Assembly: GCF_018350175.1 (NCBI RefSeq)
Contig: NC_058382.1
Span: 48,610,001 to 48,674,000 of the forward strand
Length of the DNA stretch: 64,000 nucleotides
Direction: 5' to 3'
Source of the DNA: Felis catus
Lineage: Eukaryota
Of this stretch, positions 51,401 through 61,660 are shown one piece after another. Under the pieces are notes generated by a model. That model had not been told where the DNA came from. It worked only from the letters and a program-made list of their open reading frames with translations, and ran no database searches. Position numbers and translations under genes: made by a program. How positions within the stretch are numbered: the first letter of the stretch is position 1; every line of letters begins with the position of its first letter.

Positions 51401-54400
51401 AACTGTATACTCTTACATGGATATTCCACAACAGCTTAAAAATGCATCGTATTCATAAACAAACTCGCATTCCTTCCCAAATCTGTTCCACCTCCTGGGT
51501 TCTCCATCTCAAGAGAATACCACTATTGACCAATAGAACCAGAAACCTGGGCATCACCCTTCCATTTTCTCCCAACCACAGCTCTATTGATTCTACCTCC
51601 TTAGCAGTGTTCATGCTGCTCATGCTGTCGATCTCTCGGGTTAGTGAAACAGCTTCCTAATGTAGCTTACGATCTTATCCTCCATTTGATTAGCCAAAAC
51701 ATCAGCAAGTTATCTTTCCAAAATGCTCACCTTTAACAGGTTATTATTCCCCGGCTTTAAATCCTTCAGTAGCACAAAAATAAATAAAATAAGGGGCACC
51801 TGATTGGCTCAGTCAGTTGAGCGTCCAACTTTGGCTCAGGTCGTGATCTCACAGTTCGTGAGTTTGAGCCCCTCATCGGGCTTGCTGCTGTCAGCCTGTC
51901 AGCACAGAGCCTGCTTTGGATCCTCTGTCCCTCCCCCCACTCTCTTTCTTAAAAAAATAAAACATTAAAAAATAAACAAATAAACAAAAATAAAATAAAA
52001 TCCTTAGTAGGTACCTCCCCACCACTAACTACCTCTACCTCTAATCACAATGAGCTTCCAGTTTTTTGAATGAACCATGTTCTTTGTTGCAAGTAGGCCT
52101 TTGTGCATCTTGTCCACATCAGAAACTCCTTCCTCATACCTAGCTAACTCCTAACTAATCCTCAGGTCTCAGCACAGAGGGCACTTCTCTAGGAAGATTT
52201 CTCTAACACACTCCTTTTCTTTCCTTGGTTTAGAGACCTCTCTCTCCTCAACCCTGTCTTGGCATTTGGCAAATACTCGGGCAACTTTTTGTTAGTTACA
52301 CATGTTCACTAAACTCAATTTTGCATAAAGGAGACAACGCATCTAATTTTTCACCACTGCAGTCCCAGGTCCCAGTAGACAGACTACGCACATATTGATT
52401 GTAGAGACTCAATAAAACATTGTTGAACAAATCAAACCCTTGTCAAAAAAACATGGTAATGTTACAGCACGTAATGAGATGCATAATCTATTTTCCAAGG
52501 TTCTTCTGTTTAACATACAGTCTCTAAGATTTAATGCTCAAAGACAAGTGCTATGTTGTATTATTCTCCAAAATCCTCCCCCAACAACAGACATATATCA
52601 CATTAGACATCAATCCAAGTGCAAATGACTCAAAACATAAAGGAGTGGGATGACGATCTTTCCCAAGCCTACTGAAACTTAGCTGACCACAAAAATAGTC
52701 GTTTCCTTTAGTCTTTTAATATAATGAATTAAAGGTACACTGATGTTTTTTTTTTTTTTTTAAGATTTTATTTTTAAGTAACGTCTACACCCAACATGGG
52801 ACTGGAACTTACAACTCTCGAGATCAAGAGCTCCACTAACAGAGCCAGCCAGGCACCCCTGATACTGATTTTCTAACAGAGTATCTCTGAACTCCTACAA
52901 AAATCTTACTTAGCTATGATGCATTTAAAACACATACTTCAATTTACTACAATCTCAGGTTTTGGCATTTATAACTAGCATATAGTTTTTTTTGTTATTG
53001 TCCTTCCCAAGTTTTGGTATCTGTTATATTTAGGCTCATAGAGTGATACAAATGTTTCTTCTTTTCCTAACCTCTGGAGAAATTTAAGGTCCCTGAAAAT
53101 TCTGGACCTTAAATCTTTTGGGGAAGATCTTTGACAACTGCTCCAATTTCTTTAATGGATGGTCTATTCAAGTGTCTTAATTTCTTCTTGGGTCAATTTG
53201 GTAACTGTTTTCAAAAATATTCCTGTTTCACCTAAGTTTTCAAATTCATGGACATACATACAATTTTAACTTGTTGGATTCGTCCATTTGTCTTTTCAAA
53301 GAATTAGGTTTTAATTTTCTTAATGAGCAGAAGATTACCTACAGCAAAAATATCAGCACACCTAACAGTAGTCAATATTCCAGGCTGAGGGCTGTCTCAT
53401 CCTTTCTTCCTTACCCCCATTAGAAGAGTCAACCACTCTGAACTTTTAACCTCGCCAAAACAGAGACAAGGCACTTAGACTTACTACAAATGAATTACAG
53501 TTTCCAAACCCTTACATTAAGTAAATTCCCCTAAGTTTGTACATAAAATGTGCTAAGCAAAAAGGTACAGAGAAGCTCGGAGACAAAAATACCTGTAATA
53601 AGAAAGTTGCCATGTTCCTCCAAAGGTTCACTGTATTTTCGGACCACATGATTTAAACCAAGGTCTAACTCATAGAAAGTAAGCGTCTGCTGGGTATTAG
53701 CTGCTGCTTCCCCTGTGGGATCATTGTCTGCTTCCTATAGAGAAGTACATGAGCACAAACATGGCATCAGGATTCCTCCATCTACAAATGGGGAAGCAGA
53801 GGTCCACAACAGTTTACCAACGTTCACACTACTAGGTTAATGGCAGAGCTTACACAGGAACCTGGGTCTCCTGTGTAAGGGTTCTCCCTACTGCCTTCCA
53901 TTCAAGGCAAAGAATGGTACGCCCCACCTTTCACTACCTCCCTGCAAAAAATATCCCACATACAGTTTCACTTCCTTTTTTAGACAACTCTTTCCAATAA
54001 ATACCATTTTTATAGGGATACTGTTCAAATAAGAGTAAGGTATTATTATATAGTTAGGTGAGCTATGAAACATTTCAAAGAATCTTAGTAAGACATTTGG
54101 AAAACAAAAAATATCTGTTAGCAGAATTATAAAACATGCACAATGAAGAAACCAATCAGGAAAGCACTGAGGTGAGTGAAGAAACCCAAAGCAGGGTGGT
54201 AGGAGGGAGGAAAGGAGGGAGACAAGGAGAGGAAGGATTCAAAGTCCCCATTACCTCATAATCCATTTCCAGACAGGCAAACATTGGATTTTCAAATCCT
54301 ACATCTACTCCAACCACATGATATACTAAAGTGTTCGCTTTGTGGGCTTCCAAGGGAGATGAAATGGTAAGCCGGGCTGCAGCATCTCTGTTCAAGATAT

Positions 54401-57400
54401 ATACCAATTTCTGTTTTTCAATGGCACCTGTAGATAAAGGAGACAAAACAAATAAAATTTCCAGAAAATGAAGAGGGGCTTACACAACAGCCAGACTCAC
54501 ATCACAATTATTCCTTTAAAATCAGGGGCGCCTGGGTGGCGCAGTCGGTTAAGCGTCCGACTTCAGCCAGGTCACGATCTCGCGGTCTGTGAGTTCGAGC
54601 CCCGCATCGGGCTCTGGGCTGATGGCTCAGAGCCTGGAGCCTGTTTCCGATTCTGTGTCTCCCTCTCTCTCTGCCCCTCCCCCATTCATGCTCTGTCTCT
54701 CTCTGTCCCAAAAATAAAAAAAAATAAAAAAAAAAAAGTTGAAAAAATAAAATCATTAGTAGCCAGCACTAACTCTAACATAACTATATAAGTTATATAA
54801 CATAACTCTAACATAAGTATATTTAGCATAAGATTTTGCTACCACAGTAAAATAAATAACAGCATTTTATACCTCCTCCTTACTAATACAGACCTTAATA
54901 TCCACTAACTCTTCAAAACTTTTTAGCATGTCCAAGATTTAATGATACTGGGAAACTAAAAGTTCATAAAAATTGCTGGCTTTATTCTCTGAGTTAGATC
55001 TAAAGTATTGTAACTTGTCAGGGGGGGTTGCCCTCTGGAGGCCTGATCAGATACACATAATTTTCTTCAAGATATTTATCAGAGAAGAGACATGAATGTG
55101 AATCATCACTTCAGGCTGATGAAAGCAACCATATTCACTGCCTAATAATGTAAAATCATTTAGTTTCATCATAGGTTTTTGGCTTCACACAAAGAAATGG
55201 AAAAAACACCTAATCCAGCCAGACAGGAAATAGAAAAGATATGTTAAGACTTTTCCCATTCTTTTAAAAGGAAAAGTAACTTTAAACCATGGTATTAACT
55301 GAAATACGATCCAAACTTTACCCAGGTAAGGAATTTATTGGCATACTGCCAAGAGCACAGCATTGTTATCCTAAACTCAGCATCTGTAAGAATCAGAGAT
55401 GCACTCAAAAGAGCAAGTCACTCACTAATCATAACAGCTCGCCCCTTGGGATCCACAGCTAAGAACTGGCCAGGAACAATGCGGCGGCATCCACTCTTGC
55501 CAAAGGTTTCTTGGTGAATTTTCTCAAACATATTCTTAGATGGCTGGTATTCCAGGATAACAATCCGACCTGAGTCACTGCCAACCACAATGTAGTCTTT
55601 GGTGCCACCCGTCAGCCTAAAGGCCATGAGTGACCGGATAACACCAAATACTTCCACAGTTAGTAGAGTGTGTACTTTGCCAGTGTTGGGGTCGGGACGA
55701 AGCAGCTCCAGTATCTTCCCACGGGAAACAACAATTTCCTGTTGTTTGGTTCCTAGATCACCAAAACAATAAAGATCACTATCAGAACTAGTCCAAAAAG
55801 TACCTGGATGGATCAAAATGCCACTCAAGACAAATAAAAAATTGAGTAAGTTGGGGGCTTGGTATTTTAAGTTTTCTTATTCAATTTCATTTCTAGAATT
55901 GGTATGATTTAACAAAAGCAGTTTCAAAGAAAAAAAATTTTTTTTTCCAAAGAGAACTCATACAAGTTGAGGACAGGGGCAGAGGGAGAATCCTGAGCAG
56001 GCTCCATGCTTGTCACATAGCCCAATGCGGGCCTCAATCACACGACCCTGGGGTCATGACCCAAGCCAAAATCAAGAGTCAGACACTCAACCAACTGGTC
56101 CATCCAGACCTCAAAGAACTTTTAAAACTGCTATCTAATATATACCATTTATTTCTAAACTCACCCCTAGAAAGCTCCCTTGCTTTCATAACCATAATCA
56201 ACATCTCCAAACACCAATTTGCACCCATCTCTCCCTGCCTACTACATAATTCTATTGGGATATACTGTCATCAACTTTTAACTGAACGTTTAAAATAAAT
56301 TCCTGGGGCGTCTGGATAGCTTAGCGGGTTAAGCATCTGACTCTTGATTTCAGCTCAGGTCGTTCTCTCACTGTCCTTGTGTCCTTGTGTCAGGTTCTGA
56401 CAGCACAGAGGCTGCTTGGGATTTTCTCTCTCCCTCTCTCTGCCGTCCTCACCCTGCAACTCAAGCACACTCTCTCAAAATAAATAAATAAACAAAATAT
56501 AAAATAAATAAATTCCTTCTTCCCAAACCTGGTCCCAACTAACCTGTTATCAATATTACTGTAATTTTCTCTGCCACCCAGGCTAGAAACTCATATCCTT
56601 CTCTTTATATCTGTCCCTGCTGCCCTCGTACAGGTCTTCACTATCTAATGCCTAAATGCCTTCCTTTCCATCCCGTTTGCTCCCTTCTCATTTGCTCAAG
56701 GACACCACTTATCAGGCCACCTTACTTTCGAAAGGTCCCTTGGGGATAGGGTAAGATCAAGTACTTCAAACTGTTTTAGAGACTATCAACATTATATAAA
56801 TGATGTTGTCTAAGGATTTATGAAAATTTTTTTCTATATTTCAGGAAAAAATTTTGAATTTATTTTTTTTTCAACGTTTATTTATTTATAGGACAGAGAG
56901 AGACAGAGCATGAATGGGGGAGGGGCAGAGAGAGAGGGAGACACAGAATCGGAAACAGGCTCCAGGCTCTGAGCCATCAGCCCAGAGCCCGACGCGGGGC
57001 TCGAACTCCCGGACCGCGAGATCGTGACCTGGCTGAAGTCGGACGCTTAACCGACTGCGCCACCCAGGTGCCCCAAAAATTTTGAATTTAAGAAAGGAAT
57101 TTGAGGGGTACCTGGATGGCTCAGTCAGTTAAGCGTCCAACTTCGGCTCAGGTCATGAGCTCATGTTTTCTGAGTTCAAGCCCCGTGTCAGGCTCTCCAC
57201 TCTCAGTGCAGAGCCTACTTTGGATCCTCTGTCTCCCACTCTCTCTGCCCCTCCCCCAAAACTCCCCCCCCATCAAAAATAAACATTTGAAAAATAAATA
57301 AATAAGGAATTTAAAACATGAAACCAGTTAATATTGAAAATGTTAAATTCATAAAGATAATAACTGGAAATCTTACCAGAGAAGTTGCCATGAATGGCAA

Positions 57401-57446
57401 AGCTGATGCCAGTGGCTCGCTGCAAGGTCAAGTTGTATAGAAACAT
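14114..57446 (-). CDS. SF3B3: SF3B3 (splicing factor 3b subunit 3 / SAP130), complete spliced CDS, 25 coding exons, 3654 nt, 1217 aa
   Basis: Exons were walked by hand. All introns are GT-AG, phases are consistent, and lengths sum to 3654. The protein runs [13 protein letters not shown]...IRTRYAF*, matching the highly conserved SF3B3. Confidence 0.99.
14667..14771 (-). CDS. SF3B3: SF3B3 exon 25 (105 nt)
   Basis: [35 protein letters not shown]. Confidence 0.97.
14901..14980. repeat. 20-bp minisatellite x4 with palindromic core TTTGTTAACAAA
   Basis: Units TACTTGCTAACAAATTGCTT / AATTTGTTAACAAATTGCTT / TGTTTGTTAACAAATTGCTT / TGTTTGTTAACAAATTGCTC. Confidence 0.95.
15489..15632 (-). CDS. SF3B3: SF3B3 exon 24 (144 nt)
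   Basis: [18 protein letters not shown]...VPFTSHE. Confidence 0.97.
16342..16440 (-). CDS. SF3B3: SF3B3 exon 23 (99 nt)
   Basis: [33 protein letters not shown]. Confidence 0.97.
16684..17620 (+). mobile_element. Cluster of four CAN-SINEs in intron 22
   Basis: Heads at ~16684, 16892, 17199 and 17496, each followed by body and A tail. Confidence 0.9.
17803..18015 (-). CDS. SF3B3: SF3B3 exon 22 (213 nt)
   Basis: [20 protein letters not shown]...DKFGNICV. Confidence 0.97.
18430..18555 (-). CDS. SF3B3: SF3B3 exon 21 (126 nt)
   Basis: [42 protein letters not shown]. Confidence 0.97.
19965..20121 (-). CDS. SF3B3: SF3B3 exon 20 (157 nt)
   Basis: [18 protein letters not shown]...KLEFLHK; preceded by a 101-nt intron. 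Confidence 0.97.
20223..20428 (-). CDS. SF3B3: SF3B3 exon 19 (206 nt)
   Basis: [17 protein letters not shown]...EQNEAAF. Confidence 0.97.
21182..21356 (-). CDS. SF3B3: SF3B3 exon 18 (175 nt)
   Basis: [16 protein letters not shown]...RKQQMAE. Confidence 0.97.
22577..22731 (-). CDS. SF3B3: SF3B3 exon 17 (155 nt)
   Basis: [20 protein letters not shown]...AISTNTL. Confidence 0.97.
23467..23589 (-). CDS. SF3B3: SF3B3 exon 16 (123 nt)
   Basis: [41 protein letters not shown]. Confidence 0.97.
24648..25290 (+). mobile_element. Three tandem CAN-SINEs in intron 15
   Basis: Heads GGGGCACC.. at ~24648, 24853, 25075. Confidence 0.9.
25982..26052 (+). repeat. Compound microsatellite (TAAA)n(TACAA)n (SINE tail derived)
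   Basis: Direct reading. Confidence 0.9.
26334..26386. repeat. (TAATA)n pentanucleotide microsatellite
   Basis: Direct reading. Confidence 0.9.
26568..26711 (-). CDS. SF3B3: SF3B3 exon 15 (144 nt)
   Basis: [25 protein letters not shown]...YLNIGLQ. Confidence 0.97.
26846..27080 (+). mobile_element. Young feline CAN-SINE with 17-bp TSD
   Basis: tRNA-like head, (CT)n, A tail; TSD AAATGGGTTAACACTAG at 26829-26845 and 27081-27097. Confidence 0.95.
27481..27636 (-). CDS. SF3B3: SF3B3 exon 14 (156 nt)
   Basis: [19 protein letters not shown]...IISLDPS. Confidence 0.97.
28605..28760 (-). CDS. SF3B3: SF3B3 exon 13 (156 nt)
   Basis: [18 protein letters not shown]...YFEMDP. Confidence 0.97.
29290..29441 (-). 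CDS. SF3B3: SF3B3 exon 12 (152 nt)
   Basis: [22 protein letters not shown]...GDDALVQ. Confidence 0.97.
32115..32172 (+). repeat. (TC)n plus poly-C within a CAN-SINE
   Basis: Direct reading. Confidence 0.9.
32879..33007 (-). other. Candidate poison (premature stop) cassette exon in SF3B3 intron 11
   Basis: Acceptor TTTTTTTCTCTTCCACAG|G; upstream TACTAAC (33067-33073); donors AGG|GTAACT (129 nt exon) or CAG|GTGTGT (29 nt exon); in-frame TGA at 32997-32999. Confidence 0.6.
34945..35017 (-). CDS. SF3B3: SF3B3 exon 11 (73 nt)
   Basis: [24 protein letters not shown]; donor AAG|GTAAGT; phase-1 intron follows. Confidence 0.97.
38747..38842 (-). CDS. SF3B3: SF3B3 exon 10 (96 nt)
   Basis: [32 protein letters not shown]. 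Confidence 0.97.
41684..41849 (-). CDS. SF3B3: SF3B3 exon 9 (166 nt)
   Basis: [26 protein letters not shown]...SPILFCQ. Confidence 0.97.
42674..42889 (-). mobile_element. Young feline CAN-SINE with 13-bp TSD
   Basis: CpG-intact; TSD AGAGCACTTTAAA at 42661-42673 and 42891-42903. Confidence 0.95.
43806..44208 (+). mobile_element. LTR16-like ERVL LTR remnant
   Basis: TGTTGCAGA start; 3' end ...CTACCTGCACCC...GGCTCTGCTT...CAAACCAAGACA typical of the LTR16 family. Confidence 0.5.
45359..45428 (+). repeat. (TC)n plus poly-C within a CAN-SINE
   Basis: Direct reading. Confidence 0.9.
46533..46636 (-). CDS. SF3B3: SF3B3 exon 8 (104 nt)
   Basis: [34 protein letters not shown]. Confidence 0.97.
46762..46931. 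mobile_element. MER58A-like Charlie MITE
   Basis: Terminal inverted repeats CAGGGGTTAGCAAACT / ATATGCCAATTCCTG; 8-bp TSD ATCTAAAC (46754-46761) / AGCTAAAC (46932-46939). Confidence 0.7.
47319..48030 (+). mobile_element. Three CAN-SINEs in intron 7
   Basis: Heads at ~47319, 47559, 47791. Confidence 0.9.
48095..48232 (-). CDS. SF3B3: SF3B3 exon 7 (138 nt)
   Basis: [21 protein letters not shown]...ETDEDM. Confidence 0.97.
48475..48562 (-). pseudogene. SNORD111: Degenerate SNORD111 paralogue in SF3B3 intron 6
   Basis: Box C ATGATGA (48548-48554), guide TCATGTCTTTTT and D' CTGA (48520-48523) are retained. There is no CTGA box D before the 3' TCAGG stem, and the guide has two C>T changes. Confidence 0.8.
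51017..51129 (-). CDS. SF3B3: SF3B3 exon 6 (113 nt)
   Basis: [37 protein letters not shown]. Confidence 0.97.
53593..53734 (-). CDS. SF3B3: SF3B3 exon 5 (142 nt)
   Basis: [47 protein letters not shown]. Confidence 0.97.
54255..54427 (-). CDS. SF3B3: SF3B3 exon 4 (173 nt)
   Basis: [14 protein letters not shown]...CLEMDYE; AG/GT boundaries. Confidence 0.97.
54525..54747 (+). mobile_element. Young feline CAN-SINE in intron 3
   Basis: GGGGCGCCTGGGTGGCGCAGTCGGTTAAGCGTCCGACTTCAGCCAGG head; TSD TAAAATCA at 54517-54524 and 54748-54755. Confidence 0.95.
55041..55116 (-). ncRNA. SNORD111B: C/D box snoRNA SNORD111B-like in SF3B3 intron 3 (28S rRNA 2'-O-methylation guide)
   Basis: Terminal stem GCCTGA/TCAGGC; box C GTGATGA (55103-55109); D' CTGA (55079-55082); box D CTGA (55047-55050). 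The guide TCATGTCTCTTC is complementary to the 28S rRNA segment GAAGAGACAUGA. SF3B3 is the known host of SNORD111/111B. Confidence 0.92.
55426..55752 (-). CDS. SF3B3: SF3B3 exon 3 (327 nt)
   Basis: [13 protein letters not shown]...[13 protein letters not shown] boundaries. Confidence 0.97.
56863..57074 (-). mobile_element. Young feline CAN-SINE with 16-bp TSD
   Basis: TSD AAAAATTTTGAATTTA at 56847-56862 and 57075-57090. Confidence 0.95.
57377..57446 (-). CDS. SF3B3: SF3B3 exon 2 coding part (70 nt; exon probably starts at 57510)
   Basis: Kozak [32 protein letters not shown]; donor CTG|GTAAGA; acceptor TTCTCTTAG at 57511. Confidence 0.97.
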
Positions 57447-57574
57447 GGTGGCAGCAACACTGAGACAGTCACAACTCCACAATCAGGCCTGTTATACCAA
57501 GTAAAACAAGCTAAGAGAACATAAAAATAGAAAGATATCAGCTTGAAAACTTGTTTTAACAAACATTTCTGCAG

Positions 57575-58222
57575 AATGCAAACTGGTGCAGCCACTCTGG
57601 CAAACAGTATGGAGGTTCCTCAAAAAACTAAAAATAGAACTACCCTACGACCCAGCAATTGCACTACTAGGCATTTACCCAAGGGATACAGGTAAGCTGT
57701 TTCTAAGGGGCACACGCAACCCAATGTTTATAGCCGCACTATCAACAATAGCCAAAGTATGGAAAGAGCCCAAATGTCCACCGATCGATGAATGGATAAA
57801 GATCTGGCATATATACATATACATACATACATACAATGGAGTATTACTCGGCAATCAAAAAGAATGAGATCTTGCCATTTGCAACTACATGGGTGGAACT
57901 GGAGGGTACTATGCTAAGTGAAATTAGTCACTCAGAGAAGTCAAATATCCCATGACTTCACTCATATGAGGACTTTAAGAGACAAAACAGATGAACATAA
58001 GGGAAGGGCAACAAAAATAATATAAAAACAGGGAGGGGAACAAAACCTAAGAGACTCTTAAATATGGAGAACAAACTGAGGGTTGCTGGAGGGGTTGTGG
58101 GAGGTGAGATGGGCTAAATGGTAAGGGACATTAAGGAATCTTCTCCTGAAATCATTGTTGCGCTATATGCTAAGTAACTTGGATGTAAATTTAAAAAATA
58201 AAATAAAAACAAAAATAAAAAT
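57575..58222 (+). mobile_element. Carnivore L1 3' end (ORF2 C-terminus + 3'UTR), antisense in SF3B3 intron 1
   Basis: ORF 57586-57867 QPLWQTVWRFLKKLKIELPYDPAIALLGIYP is the L1 ORF2 C-terminus; A-rich tail. Confidence 0.92.
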
Positions 58223-61199
58223 GATAGGGGAGCCTGGGTGACTCAGTCGGTTAAGCGTCCGACCAGCTCAGGTCTGATCTCACAGTTCATGAGTTCGAGC
58301 CCCACACTGGGCACTGTGCTGATAGCTCAGAGCCTGGAGCCTGCTTTGGATTCTGTGTCTCCTTCTCTCTCTGACCCTCTCCCGTTCACACTCTGTGTCT
58401 CTCTCTCAAAAATAAATGTTAAAAAAATTTTTTAATTAAAAAAATAAAAAAATAGTAATAATAAAACGCTAAATAAAAATTTCTATATAAAAACTTATGG
58501 ATGAAGGTAGAACCCAGAGAGTAAGGCCTAGTGACAAACATATTTATAACTGGAGTGCATTCTACATTCCAGGCACTATGCTATTAACTTTTGTCTCTAA
58601 TCTCACAAGAAATCTATAAATAACTCATTGTTACACTAATTATATAGCTGAGGAAACTGAGGTTAAGAAAGTAAATCACCTGCCTGAGGTCACTAACAAG
58701 TGGGACTAACAAGCCACAAACAAAACGCTGGAATCGGTACCATTAATACAACACTATTTGCCTTTACAGTCACAGAAACTAAGCACCTCTACATTTATTT
58801 ATTTTGCATAGGCTATACAAGCACTTGGTTCAAAATTCTTAAAAAGCACAGCAAAAAGCTCCGTTCGGTACTCCTTGCTGGGAAAATCAGTTTTACTAAC
58901 TTATGTATCAGGTCCTTCCAGACATTTTCTGCATTTGTAAGTGAGAATATAATACTATTATTTTCTCTTCTTTCTAACTAATGGTTGGGCACTATACATT
59001 GTACACTCACATTATCCTGCAACTTACTTTTTATTACTTTACCTTGGAGATAGCAATAAACAAAAGGCTTTCTCATTTTTATTTTCCAGCTGTGGAGTAT
59101 TCCACTGAATGGGTATATAAGGATCATTCAGACAATACCCTACTGATAAACATTCAGGTTCCCAATCTCTTGCTATTATGAACGTTGCTGCCAAGAAAAT
59201 CCCTCCTCTATAGATCATTTATACGTGTATGCATATATCTTTAATCTATCTTAATTTTTAATTAAGATTAATCCCTGTAAGTGAAACTGCAGTACTGAGA
59301 GATTCACACATTTGAAATGTGGATAGATATTGCCAAATTACCTTTCAAAGAAACTCTACCGATCTACAGCCCCAGAAATCTGAGTCCCTATTTCCCCACA
59401 ACCAGACCTTGGCTAGATAAAAATGGTAACTTAAGTGTAGTCTCCATTTGCATCTGTTATCTAGCTCAATATTTGATGATTAGAATTTAAAATTTAAATC
59501 TATTCACCATCAAAAACTAAAACAACACTCAATTCCTGTTACTTCAGACCTCTCTAAAAGAGTGTACAGTCACAAAAAAGGATTCTTTTCATTCAACAGG
59601 ACTAAAGAGTGCAAAAGCAAACTGATGTACCTTTCTTTACCATAAAATTACCTAAAACTACAGCTATGCAGTTACTGCTAGAAAAGTTTTTCAATTATTT
59701 ACAGACAAAAAGCAAGAGATCTTGAAAAATCCAATGTAATCACTATGTAATTAACATAAAACTTTGATTTTGGTAAATGAGAAAAGAAAATTATGAGTAA
59801 GCGCCCTCATAAATAATAGTCACAGAAACAGTTTTTGCCCAACCCAGAAATGTGAGAATGGATCCTGGATATGGGTCCTGAGAGATGTAAATTTTCCTTC
59901 TTGAAACTAAGGAACATTTTTAATGTTCTTCTAGGATGGTAGTGAAGAAGGAAAGTGGAAAAAGAGAGTGGGGAAATGACCTACAAGAAGCAAAATAGCG
60001 AAAACGAACAGACACAGACATACACCCACATCCCCAGAAGGGCGTATACACTGTATAAAAGTTCCAGGGAAAGTTGTTCTCAGCTTAAAGTCTGAGGGAA
60101 AAGAAGCAAAGAATAGATTATAATTGTTCCCAATTGAAAAGTAGTAATGTGGTCAATTTCATATTTAAAAAAAAAGAAACAAGAAAAAAAGTGAATGTGA
60201 TTCTCAAACAAAAGTAAATTTATTCTCTCGCATCCTCTGTGGTTATAAAATTTCAAACGTCATTTCTGCATAAACTGCAGTTATCATCAAAATTTGTAAT
60301 GAAACCCTATCATGTTGTCAACAAGATCCATGTTGCAGGATTGACTATACTAAATGTAAAGAAATGCTATTTAAAAAAGGGGGGGGGGGGGGGAGTACAG
60401 GCCCCTTCCAAAAGCCCTGAAAAGTTCCCCAGCCAACTCTACATTCTAACTCCTTAAGAACTCAATTTAGTTTCCAGTTCCTTTATAACTGATGACATCC
60501 GTTACAGTCTGTGAAGTTCATTTCCCCCAAACCTGGTTGGATTCAGGTTCCCCAATTATTCTTTCATCAGTAGTAGAAGTTGCATTTTGAAGGAAGTTCA
60601 TTCTAAAACTACAAGAACTATATACCAGGAACCACTGACAGCCAAAATGTGGTAAATTTTGTGATTTTCTCCACTTCTATCTCCTGTCTGTGACTACTAA
60701 AAGCTGAGCCTGTGATTGCTGCCCCCATTTCTTCTTGCGCCAAAGGTACATCACCGCATTGAAACTCGCAATGTCTTCAAAATAAATATTATTGTCCCCC
60801 ACTTTATACATGATAAAACTGAAAATCAGTGGAGGAAACAGTTACCCCATTACCAAAACACAAATTCAAAATAGGGTCTTGGCTCCAAAAACTGTTCCCG
60901 TTATTTACGCTTTTAACACGCTGGGTCGTACCACCTTACAGTTAGTGTGTCCTTTACGTCCGTCTTGCCCCAGCTCACACCTCCTCCAGGGGCAAAAAGC
61001 AGGGCGAATTCTAGAAATCTCATTTTGACCCAGGCTTCGTTCCCCCCTTGTAAAAGGAAGTGGGAAACGACTCCTGAAAGCCATTTTCGTACGCAAGCGT
61101 TCCCCTCCACCTCCTCCTCGTCCTTTGCCGGGACCTTACGGGCCTAGGCTGCATTAAAGACCTCTGCCAAACGTTCAGCTAACCCTCCTACATAGCCGT

Positions 61200-61660
61200 T
61201 CTCTGCCTCCCCAAGCCCGGGGAAGTCGGAAGGCTGCTTCTTTACCCTGCCTCAGGAAGGATGGCGTGGATATCCGACAGATGCTGAATTCCTTCAAGGC
61301 CTAGGCCACCGCCAACTTCAACCCGCCAGGCTCCGCCATTAGCTCTTAAAGCAGGGACCTTAAAGCGGGCCCGCGACGTAAAACAGTCCTCAACAGGCGC
61401 CTGAAGAATGTATAAGTAATTTTTTTTTATGTCTTTCTTTGACGCCGCATTAAAAATTAGTTAAACATACCTCATGGCCGTTACTTTTCCCAGGAGACTA
61501 TAAAAAATAGACCTTTTAAGGTGGACTTAAAAAACAAAACAAACCATAAATCTATCGGGCATTTCGTGGGCAGCCCAAAAGACCTGGCGCGCAAACGAGG
61601 AGGGGGCCTCGCGGAGCCGGAAGCGCGAAATGGAGAACAAGATGGCGGACCTCGATTCCC
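61200..61660. promoter_or_regulatory. Bidirectional SF3B3/COG4 CpG promoter
   Basis: Divergent first exons about 300 bp apart. Motifs: ETS/GABP CCGGAAG 61617-61623, E2F GCGCGAAA 61623-61630, YY1 AAGATGGCGG 61639-61648 (+) and AATGGCGG 61333-61340 (-). Confidence 0.85.
61246..61345 (-). other. SF3B3: SF3B3 exon 1 (5'UTR, non-coding); start approximate
   Basis: CpG-rich segment ending ...GGATATCCACGCCATCCTTCCTGAGGCAGG|GTAAAG. It resembles the SF3B3 5'UTR as recalled. The TSS cannot be determined from sequence. Confidence 0.8.

Noticed and set aside
56718..56732. GAAA|GTAAGG donor-like site in intron 2 as orthologue of the human branaplam-inducible SF3B3 pseudo-exon
   Set aside because: It lacks the -2G/-1A signature and a convincing acceptor, and I cannot establish orthology without an alignment.
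61499..61506. TATAAAAA in the AT-rich centre of the bidirectional promoter
   Set aside because: It sits in an AT-rich patch where such matches are expected, and the TSS is unknown, so spacing cannot support it.
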